Assembly: GCA_030537525.1 (NCBI GenBank)
Contig: JAUNVU010000019.1
Coordinates: 1 to 14,764, forward strand
Length of the DNA stretch: 14,764 nt
DNA from: Eubacteriales bacterium
Lineage (GTDB): Bacteria > Bacillota > Clostridia > Saccharofermentanales > DTU023
Direction: 5' to 3'
The notes under the pieces were generated by a model. It worked only from the letters and a program-made list of their open reading frames with translations. It was not told the DNA's origin and searched no databases. Both the position numbers and the translations under genes were made by a program. Of this stretch, positions 6,327 to 13,700 are shown one piece after another. Numbering within the stretch: the stretch's first letter is position 1; each line of letters opens with the position of its first letter.

Positions 6327-8654
6327 TCAGCCTCCTGTCTGCTGCTCTTTTTTCGGTAAAATTCGTAGAGAATTGAAGATGGCAAGAAGGGCGACTCCGA
6401 CGTCTGAGAAGACGGCTGCCCAGATACCGACATGGCCGAAGGCACCCGCGAGCAAGACGAGGATCTTGACGCCGAGGGCGAAGGCGATATTGCCTCTGAC
6501 AATCTTCTTCGTCTCTTTCGAGATGTGCAGAACCTGGTGAAATTTCTCCAGATTGTCGTTGGCGATGATGACGTCGGCGGCTTCGATGGCAGCAGCCTGA
6601 CCGATACCGCCCATGGCGACACCGACATCTGAAGCCATGAGAACTGGTGCGTCATTGATGCCATCACCGATGAAGACCTTAGAGCCCGTTGCAGGCTTAA
6701 TGGACTCATAGGCGTGGAGCTTGTCTTCGGGCAAGAGCTCGGCTTGGAATCGCTTAATGCCGATGGCTCTACAGACGGATTGTGCCACTTCGCTCTTGTC
6801 GCCTGTCAACATGATGACGGATTCTATGCGGCAAGCGTCACAGTGACTGAGGGCGGCAACTGTGTCTCTGGCATTGGGCTTAATTAAGTCTGCCAGGCAG
6901 ATGGCGCCGAGGAATTTCCGGTCTTTTGCCACGTAGATGACGGTATTGTCACTGTCGACAGGAATTATCTCAATTCCATTTTCGGCGAAGAGTCTGGCAT
7001 TGCCGACTAAAAATTCAACCCCTCTGTAAGTGGCGCGGACACCACGACCATGAATCTCTTCGGCATTGAGGAGGTCGGCTTGGATGGAGTGCATAATGCG
7101 ATAAACGATCTGGGGAGTCAGAGCCAACTGTTCGATTGAGTCATCTCTACGCTCGACTTCACAGAGCGTACAGCCGTCTGCCACACAGAGACGTCTTAGA
7201 CTTCTGCGCAGGGCTTCAGCAAGTGGGTGCTGGGAGCCGTATTCAGCTATGGCGGCGGCGGCAATGAGCTCGTCTGGCGAAACTCTAGGAGCTGGAATTA
7301 ATTTGGAGATGGCGAAATTTCCCTCAGTCAAGGTGCCAGTCTTGTCGAGGAAGAGCGTGTTTGCCTTAGCCAATTCTTCGAGGGCGGCACCACCGCGGAC
7401 GAGTATGCCTTTGGCCGAAGCTGCGCCGAGGCCAGCAAAGTAGGCAAGTGGTACGGAGATGACAAGGGCGCAAGGGCAGGAGGCAACTAGGAAGACTAGC
7501 GCTCGGTAAATCCAGACGGAATAGCCGTAATTACTAAATTGTGGGAAGAGCAAGGCGATAATGAGCGCAATGATGACGACTGTCGGCGTGTAGATTCTGG
7601 CAAAGCGAGTGATGAAGCGCTCGGTCGGCGACTTCCTGGCAGCTGCCTGGTCTAGCAGGGCCAGCATGCCAGCTACTGTGGAATCGGCATAGACTTTCGT
7701 CACCTCTAATTTCAAGAGTCCGCCGCCATTAATCGAGCCCGAAAGCACTTCGAAACCAGGTCCGACGGGGACGGGAAGTGACTCGCCACTGATGGCCTGT
7801 GTATCGAGGGTCGACCTACCTTCGACAACCCTGCCGTCGGTGGGCACCTTCGCACCTGGATGAATCAGGACTATATCGCCAACTTTCAGCTCTTCAGGCT
7901 CGCATTTTTCGACTTGTCCATCGCGTAGGCGAATGGCGGTCTCAGGTATGAAGCTGAGACTCTCTTCAATGCTGTTTCTAGACTTCGCCACAGCCTTCTG
8001 CTCCAAGTAGTCACCCCAGGCAAAGAAGAGCATGACGGCCACCGCCTCGGGATATTCACCGAGGACTATGGCGCCAATAGAGGCGATGATCATCAGGGAG
8101 TTTTCAGAAAATAATTTCTGCCAGCCACGAGCCTTAAAGGCCGCCTTATAGACGCGCTTGGAGGCCAGCACATAGGCCAGGGCAAAAAATAAAAGAGAGG
8201 CTAGTTCGCCATATAGATTACGACCGAGAAAGGCCTCAAAATGGCCAAAGCCGAGCTCGGGCAAGCCCTCCTTTAAACTGGGAAAGAGGTCGAAGCTGCC
8301 GTAGGCTAGGCGGAGGGCGAAGCCTAATAAGAAGAGCAGCAGGGCAGCAATTAAGTCTCTGAGCTCGCGCTTCTGCTGCGCGGCCTCAGCTGACTCGTCT
8401 CGCTTATAAAGACGAGGATCAATCAGACTGCAATTAGGCTCCAACCTATGGACCAATCCCTTGACCTTAGCTTCCAAAGAAGGCAGCTCTGCCTCGCCAA
8501 ACTCCTCGGCAAAGTACAAGTAGAGCTTCTCAGTTGGATGGTGGTAGGTGGCCTCGTTGACCTCGTCTAATTTATTTAATCTTGCAACAATTTTCTCTGC
8601 ACAGCTTGGGCAATCTATGCCCTTTAAGATATATGTCTTCTGCATAGCGCTCAT
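6327..8654 (-). CDS. Heavy-metal translocating P1B-type ATPase, P1B-2 subclass (Zn2+/Cd2+/Pb2+ exporter, ZntA/CadA-like)
   Basis: N-terminal metal-binding (HMA-like) domain GIDCPSC. CPC motif (ASCPCAL) in the transmembrane region. Phosphorylation motif DKTGTLT. HP motif (SQHPLAE). Hinge motifs TGDK and GDGINDAP. The last transmembrane helices carry a conserved K (ALGVKIL) and D (VFSDVG), as in ZntA K693/D714. There is no YN/MxxSS copper signature. Confidence 0.9.
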   Translation of the reverse strand: MSAMQKTYILKGIDCPSCAEKIVARLNKLDEVNEATYHHPTEKLYLYFAEEFGEAELPSLEAKVKGLVHRLEPNCSLIDPRLYKRDESAEAAQQKRELRDLIAALLLFLLGFALRLAYGSFDLFPSLKEGLPELGFGHFEAFLGRNLYGELASLLFFALAYVLASKRVYKAAFKARGWQKLFSENSLMIIASIGAIVLGEYPEAVAVMLFFAWGDYLEQKAVAKSRNSIEESLSFIPETAIRLRDGQVEKCEPEELKVGDIVLIHPGAKVPTDGRVVEGRSTLDTQAISGESLPVPVGPGFEVLSGSINGGGLLKLEVTKVYADSTVAGMLALLDQAAARKSPTERFITRFARIYTPTVVIIALIIALLFPQFSNYGYSVWIYRALVFLVASCPCALVISVPLAYFAGLGAASAKGILVRGGAALEELAKANTLFLDKTGTLTEGNFAISKLIPAPRVSPDELIAAAAIAEYGSQHPLAEALRRSLRRLCVADGCTLCEVERRDDSIEQLALTPQIVYRIMHSIQADLLNAEEIHGRGVRATYRGVEFLVGNARLFAENGIEIIPVDSDNTVIYVAKDRKFLGAICLADLIKPNARDTVAALSHCDACRIESVIMLTGDKSEVAQSVCRAIGIKRFQAELLPEDKLHAYESIKPATGSKVFIGDGINDAPVLMASDVGVAMGGIGQAAAIEAADVIIANDNLEKFHQVLHISKETKKIVRGNIAFALGVKILVLLAGAFGHVGIWAAVFSDVGVALLAIFNSLRILPKKEQQTGG

Positions 8655-8655
8655 C

Positions 8656-8703
8656 TTTCTAATAGAACACCGCTACACTATAACACTTTTATTTCTAATG
8701 AAC
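8656..8703 (-). promoter_or_regulatory. Candidate promoter/operator of the P1B ATPase
   Basis: On the minus strand there is an extended -10 TGTTATAGT (+ coordinates 8677-8685). Just downstream lies the 11-bp palindrome TTCTA-A-TAGAA (8658-8668). A near-identical direct copy TTTCTAATGAAC sits at 8692-8703. The operator would overlap the promoter and transcription start, which is typical of ArsR/SmtB- or MerR-type metal-sensor sites. No regulator of that type lies in the window. Confidence 0.3.
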
Positions 8704-8742
8704 AGTGATATTTGTCGGGCAGATCTAATTTGCAAACTCAGG

Positions 8743-9990
8743 CTAAGCACGCTCCTCACCGCGTTCGTGGATGACGAGCTTGCCGAAGTTGATGCGCTCC
8801 CTCGATTTTCCACGGACCCTGCCGATGGTGCAAGAACAAGGTCCGCTGAGCACCACAGAAAGATCATCTATGCACAAATTATTTCCTTCGAAGACCGAGG
8901 CGCCAGCCAAGTCTATGGTCACTTCCTTGGCCTCGCCCGAGCACTTCATGACGGCAGCCCCGTAACCTCTGTAGTCGATTCTGCCACCAGTTAGCTGGTC
9001 GACAGCAACCTTGCCGGCACCACTACTTTCAAGCTCGATATTATGGGCACTGCCGATACGGACAATGCCTGCCCCCTTGCAATTTAGCTTGAAATTATCA
9101 ACGTGTAAGAGATCGCAGGTGCAAGCCCCATTGATAACCGCCTCAGCCGCTGCGAAGTCGATAGCAGATTGCAGACTGGCCGTGCCATTGGTATCTAGCT
9201 TCAAGTTCTTCATCTTATTTTCAGGACAGTTGATCCAGAGAGTTGACTTCTTATAGGAGCTGGCAGAAAAAACGGTCTCGAAGATACCGCGTCGCTTGGG
9301 GAAATTGCTGAATTTAAAGATGAGAGTCTTGCCATCTTTCTCAAATTCCAGAGTGTCGGCTGCTTGGGCATCTCCGTGTATCCTCCAGCCAGTAGGCTCA
9401 TTGGGATTAGCCGTGATCTTGATCTTCAGAGGGCGAAACTGAGAGTCGATGATAATTGAGTCGAAATCTGCATCCTGGTAGCTATTGCTATTAGTCTGAG
9501 CCTCCGCTTCGCTCTCATAAGCAGCATAGTGGAGATTGCCAGGGGTGAATTCCGAACGTCTGAAAATACTGATTCTCTGGCCCTGGTTAACTATCATATT
9601 GCTTGCCAGATCAATGGTGGAACCATCTTGTAAGATGACCTCCGGCAGCTTGATACTCCTGGCAGGCGTCTCGGCATAGAGAAGCTTGTCGCCATAAGTC
9701 GCAATCCAGGACATGGACTGATATTTCTGAGGAGCCTCCTTGGGCCGTTGATTCTTCTCGTCTTTGACCTCCCTTGACTGCTCAGCGCCAAACAGCTCAT
9801 CCATCGACAAACCGAGGGTGCTGGCGATGCTTGGCAGCATTGAGAGATCTGGATAGCCAGCCCCCGTCTCCCACTTGCTGATCGCCTGCGCCGAAACTCC
9901 GAGCTTGTCGGCAAATTCTGCCTGCGTTAAATTCTTCGCCTTGCGGGCGTTGCTTATGGTCAAGCCAATGCCTCTGTAATCGTAATTCAT
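8743..9990 (-). CDS. XRE-family HTH transcriptional regulator fused to a Gly-rich beta-helical repeat domain (DUF4097/DUF2807 GIN-like); no transmembrane segment
   Basis: The preferred start is ATG 9990 (MNYDYRGIGLT...), with the RBS AGAAAGGA 7 nt upstream. The ORF track began at 10059 with no RBS. The N-terminus NLTQAEFADKLGVSAQAISKWETG is a canonical HTH_3. The C-terminal 150 aa show repeated motifs NGACTCDL, KGAGIVRIGS, SSGAGKVAVD, GYGAAVMKC, LAGASVFEGN, LSGPCSCTIG. These resemble the adhesin-like beta-helix of YvlB/LiaG-type proteins. Confidence 0.8.
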   Translation of the reverse strand: MNYDYRGIGLTISNARKAKNLTQAEFADKLGVSAQAISKWETGAGYPDLSMLPSIASTLGLSMDELFGAEQSREVKDEKNQRPKEAPQKYQSMSWIATYGDKLLYAETPARSIKLPEVILQDGSTIDLASNMIVNQGQRISIFRRSEFTPGNLHYAAYESEAEAQTNSNSYQDADFDSIIIDSQFRPLKIKITANPNEPTGWRIHGDAQAADTLEFEKDGKTLIFKFSNFPKRRGIFETVFSASSYKKSTLWINCPENKMKNLKLDTNGTASLQSAIDFAAAEAVINGACTCDLLHVDNFKLNCKGAGIVRIGSAHNIELESSGAGKVAVDQLTGGRIDYRGYGAAVMKCSGEAKEVTIDLAGASVFEGNNLCIDDLSVVLSGPCSCTIGRVRGKSRERINFGKLVIHERGEERA

Positions 9991-10071
9991 GTCAATTCCT
10001 TTCTGATCTTGCTGGCAAAAGCCGAGCCTAGCAAGGTTTTGCTTAATTAGAGCTTGCAAGGAGTATTAAAA

Positions 10072-10133
10072 ATAAACAATAAGCGTCTAGTTGTTTATGG
10101 CCATATTATATCAACGCTTAGTTGAATCAACTA
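10072..10133. promoter_or_regulatory. Two palindromes in the divergent regulator/tRNA intergenic region (candidate operators)
   Basis: ATAAACAA-N11-TTGTTTAT at 10072-10098 has perfect 8-bp arms. TAGTTGA-A-TCAACTA at 10119-10133 is a perfect 7-1-7 palindrome. CTAGTTG/CAACTAG also flank it at 10088-10094 and 10129-10135. Confidence 0.3.
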
Positions 10134-10208
10134 GTCGTTTAGTCAATTCCTGTCGAAATTTAGCTGTTTTACTCTTGCTTACTGTTGAGATTAGTTTCAA
10201 TTCGTGGA

Positions 10209-10238
10209 TTGACAAGAGCTTTTCAAGAGTGCTAGAAT
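10209..10238 (+). promoter_or_regulatory. Sigma-A-type promoter for the tRNA-Ser pair
   Basis: -35 TTGACA (10209-10214), an 18-nt spacer, and an extended -10 TGcTAGAAT (10233-10238). The predicted transcription start site is ~10 nt before the first tRNA. Confidence 0.55.
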
Positions 10239-10256
10239 TCTCTAGCCGCAATGCCT

Positions 10257-10347
10257 GGAGAGATGGTCGAGTTGGCTGAAGGCACCGGTCTTGAAAACCG
10301 GCGAGGGTGCAAGCCCTCCGTGGGTTCGAATCCCACTCTCTCCGCCA
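10257..10347 (+). tRNA. tRNA-Ser (anticodon UGA), class II with long variable arm; CCA encoded
   Basis: The acceptor stem GGAGAGA/TCTCTCC is followed by G and CCA. Anticodon stem CCGGT/ACCGG with loop CTTGAAA. Variable arm GAGGGTGCAAGCCCTC. T-arm GTGGG-TTCGAAT-CCCAC. Confidence 0.9.
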
Positions 10348-10349
10348 GA

Positions 10350-10386
10350 GCTTCTGACTTCAGGCTTTGAGGGCCAAGCCAGAAGC
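10350..10386 (+). other. Inter-tRNA spacer hairpin (probable processing or structural element)
   Basis: GCTTCTG (10350-10356) pairs with CAGAAGC (10380-10386) around a 23-nt loop. It is followed by ATTTTT and then the second tRNA. Confidence 0.3.
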
Positions 10387-10392
10387 ATTTTT

Positions 10393-10483
10393 GGAGAAGT
10401 ACCCAAGAGGCTGAAGGGGACGGTTTGCTAAATCGTTAGTGGGGGCAACTCCAGCGAGGGTTCGAATCCCTCCTTCTCCGCCA
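10393..10483 (+). tRNA. tRNA-Ser (anticodon GCU), class II; CCA encoded
   Basis: Acceptor stem GGAGAAG/CTTCTCC + G + CCA. Anticodon stem ACGGT/ATCGT (one G-U pair) with loop TTGCTAA. T-arm GAGGG-TTCGAAT-CCCTC. There is a long variable arm. Confidence 0.9.
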
Positions 10484-10488
10484 GAAAA

Positions 10489-10517
10489 CCCTGTAACATT
10501 TTTGTTGCAGGGTTTTT
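10489..10517 (+). terminator. Rho-independent terminator of the tRNA operon
   Basis: CCCTGTAACA-tttt-TGTTGCAGGG forms a 10-bp stem with one G-U pair. It is followed by TTTTTgcTATTT. Confidence 0.8.
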
Positions 10518-10657
10518 GCTATTTAAGACTAAGCTAGTGTTTTAAGTATTTTTCCAGAGCTTAGATAGTTTCTGCTGCGAGCCCCTTATTATTTACCTAG
10601 CTAAACTACTCGTTATGGCTAGCTCCTCTCTTTTTTACTTTGCTAATTTTAAATTGA

Positions 10658-10675
10658 GTAGTTTTCAGAAACTAC
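10658..10675. promoter_or_regulatory. Palindrome GTAGTTT-tcag-AAACTAC in the 5' region of the large secreted-protein gene (candidate operator)
   Basis: Perfect 7-bp arms. A second AAACTAC copy lies at 10603-10609. The half-site TAGTT/AACTA is shared with the palindrome at 10119-10133. It lies ~75-90 nt upstream of the ATG, in a region with weak -35/-10-like hexamers (TTGAGT ... TTTGAAT). Confidence 0.3.
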
Positions 10676-10749
10676 GCTTTGAATTCGCACTAGTTTTTTG
10701 CCAATACCGTTAGTCGGTTTTGCTGATAACAGCAAAGAGAGGAGGTCTT

Positions 10750-13700
10750 ATGAACAAGAAATTATATTGTGTAATCCTCGCCAGCATATTCTTATTGAGT
10801 ATCTTGCTCGCCATGGTACCGCTTGGCCCTGCCGTCAAGGCGGATACAGTCTACTTGTATCCAGGAGCAACGGGCTCAATTACGCGCATCGCGTATCGCT
10901 ATGACTGGACGTATCTGGGTGACGGCTTCGATGTCGTGCCCGTCCTAATTCAGGAGAATTTGCTTAATCAGCCTGAGCCATTGTATGAAGGCTTTGTCGA
11001 TGAACAATTATTTATCAATGAAATAGAAGAGATGGGCGATACCGTGGTTTTCGGAGAGCCCTCCAGCTCTGATAATGATTTATTTGCCGAAGAGGAGCAA
11101 GGCGATGATAATAGGTGGACGCAAACTCCTGATTATGTCAATCTCTTAATTCGCCACATCACGATTCAATTAGATGGCACGGAGATGCTGATGGAGGATG
11201 TCTGGCATGAGCTAGCTTACGGCCAGACTTATCTCACGGCTAATTTTGCTAGAGAGTATGAGGGTTTTTACTACTCAGAGCAGAATCAGGCGACTTTCAA
11301 TTCTAACGATGAGATGATCTTCGTCTATTACATTGCCTATCCCATCATCGATGATCTCGGCAGTTTAGAGGATGTTGAAGAGCCCGAGATTCCAAATGAC
11401 AATCTGACTCCGCCAATAAATATTGCACCACCGCCACCGGCACCTCCAGTGCCCCCGGTTTCAGCCCAGCAGCCGAAGCCGAATACACCGCCACCGCTGC
11501 CGCCGCCACCGCCAGGTCCATCTACTTCGGATGCCCCGCCTTCAATTGAAACACCAAGTGGTGGTGATGAGTATGACGATCCCGAGGGTCCGCGCCAGGG
11601 TTCAAGTAAGCGCCCGAAGAAGGATTCTGAAGATGCTGAGCTCAGAGTCAATCTTGAAAAGGAACATTCGGAGACACCGACCTATGACGACTCAGTTATT
11701 GATGATGAAGTTCAGACATCGGTCGTCTTGCACGCTGTGGACATCGATAGCATGAAGGAATTGGACCATGTTGAATTTACAACCAACCTCTTGCTCTGGA
11801 CCTATACGGACCTGGATGCACTCGTAACGGTGCCGCAGGAGTATCGTCTCCTAGATCCACCAGAAAATGATTTCCACTACTATTTAACTCCCAATGAAAC
11901 AAATGAAATTACACTGTACTACAGAGTCGAGCAGGGTCCAGTAATTGTCATTATCGCCGTCGACTGTGGTGATGGTGTTCTCCACATGCTGGGCAGCTAT
12001 GACATTCTAGATCTCGGCCCCTTAAAAGAGGTCTACACCCTCGGTGAACTCACCAATCATTATCCCTTGCCCTCAGGCTATGAGTACTCAGTAGATCGCA
12101 ATATCCCAGAATATGAGATTCCTGCGACTTCCGAGCTAGTCGAGCTTGTCTTGATAGCAGAAAGTGACTACTGTACGGAGCCTCAGGATTTCAGCTATTT
12201 GGTCAGACACTGGGCCATGGTCAATGGGCAACTGAAGTTCTTGGATTTCGAGATTCGTCCCGCCAAGCCAGGGGATGTTGTACCGCTGCAGTCCATTGCT
12301 AAAAATTTCTTGCCGCTCTACTCTCTGGCAGGTATTCCACCGAATAGGGCAGCCTACATGGTCTCATTTACTAATAATGTCATAGATCTCTACTACCGTC
12401 CTTGTTATTACATAGTCTCGCCGCCAGACCAATGCGAGAACAATGGTTGCATGCTTGGACCGCCAATAGTCAAAATTGAGATCAAGTGCCCAGGATTCTG
12501 GTGCTGGCAAGAAACATTGGAGATCTTAGTTCCACCCACAGAGGTCAAGCCGCCATATATTCCGAAGCCAAGCAAGCCTGGCAAACCTGGCAAACCTGGT
12601 AAGTCGGAGAAGATTCAGTGGAATGCCTCTTATGATGTCATCGTCTACGGCTTAGATGCCGCAGGTGCAGTAGCTGCCATTACAGCTGCTGAAGAGGGGG
12701 CAGCTGTCCTAGTCGTCGATAGAAATGGTCCGAATGAGACAGGTGGCTACACCAAGCACTGCCCACAGCAATTGCTCTACAGCGAAGATGAAGCTGGTGC
12801 CACGAAGTTCTTTAAGAGTCTTCGCGGCGACTACGACCACCTCTCAGACGAGCATATCAAGGCTTTGGCCACGGGTTCTTTGGCTGTTCCACAATGGCTC
12901 AAGGATCACGGTGCCAGCCAGCTCTATGACCTGGGTTACGTCCAGTATGAGGAGCTGCCAGGTGGTGAAAAGATGAAGATGCTGACGCTGCATGAGAAGG
13001 CGAAAAATGATCGTGCCTTCTACAATCTCCTCTTGCAGAATCTCTTAGAGATCAAGAATAAGCAGGGTAAGTATAAGCAGATTAAGGGCAGCATCAAGTA
13101 CTCGTATAACTCTAATCTCATCAACTTGATCCAGGATCCTAAGAGCAAGGCTGTTTTAGGTATTGAGATCAAGCAGAAGGGTAAGAATTACAAGCTCGAG
13201 GCCAAGGGTGGGGTCATCCTCGCCGCAGGCGGTTTCGAAGCCAATGAAGAGATGATTGAAAACTTCTTGCAGCTGCCAGAAGCACTTTCTCGCTATGGTC
13301 ATGATGCCAGCGGGGATGCGATTCGCGCTAGCATGAAGATTGGTGCCGACCTCTGGCACATGGGCAATGTCGCAGGTTATGACTTGCACTTCAAGCCGAC
13401 TTTTGGTCCCGACAAGATCGACAAGCGCCGTAATATTCAGGGCTATTTCGAAGATCAGCTGGGTGATCGCAGTTGCTTCGTAGTTGGTCCTAATGGCCGC
13501 CGCTTCACCGATGAGTCTGCTGAGTTGAGACTGGGTCACTGGGATCCAGCTGGTAATTGGGTGGCACAGCAAATTCCGCCACGCGCCTGGGTCATTTTCG
13601 ACGAGCCAGGACTGACGCAAGCACCGCTCTACCCAGGCTGGTCTAATGACAACCAAGCTGAAGTCAAGAAGGGTTGGCTGCTCAAGGCCGACAGCATTAA

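Noticed and set aside
6293-6709. A 138-aa minus-strand ORF overlapping the 3' end of the ATPase gene; also ORFs 6432-6632 + and 7249-7443 + antisense to the ATPase
   Set aside because: They overlap a strongly supported P1B ATPase CDS. Their composition is S/R/P-rich and nonsense-like.
8548-8994. A 148-aa + strand ORF spanning the ATPase start, the intergenic region and the XRE gene end; also 8673-8867 minus and 8771-8965 +
   Set aside because: It is antisense to two real genes and runs through their promoter region. There is no RBS and no recognisable motif.
9991-10059. Upstream ATG (10059) as the start of the XRE-fusion gene (MQALIKQNLARLGFCQQDQKGID...), as proposed by the ORF track
   Set aside because: It has no Shine-Dalgarno sequence. 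The internal ATG at 9990 has AGAAAGGA at ideal spacing, and the HTH domain begins right after it.
10091-10279. A 62-aa ORF in the regulator/tRNA intergenic region
   Set aside because: It overlaps the tRNA promoter and the 5' end of tRNA-Ser. There is no RBS.
10720-10749. A TTG at 10720 as the start of the big secreted protein, and the overlapping ORF 10698-10904
   Set aside because: ATG 10750 is preceded by GAGAGGAGG, and the signal peptide begins exactly there. The 10698 ORF is in another frame overlapping the real start.
10800-10830. A possible ApbE-type flavinylation motif ([ST]GA[ST]) in the big protein (PGATGS near the N-terminus)
   Set aside because: The residue before GA is Pro rather than Ser/Thr, and the context does not resemble an FMN-binding domain. 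The paralog has no equivalent.
11337-11755. ORFs 11337-11651 (minus) and 11423-11755 (+) inside the big gene
   Set aside because: They are alternative-frame readings of the Pro-rich, GC-rich linker region (Gly-rich antisense, Arg/His-rich +2 frame). They are artefacts of low-complexity sequence.
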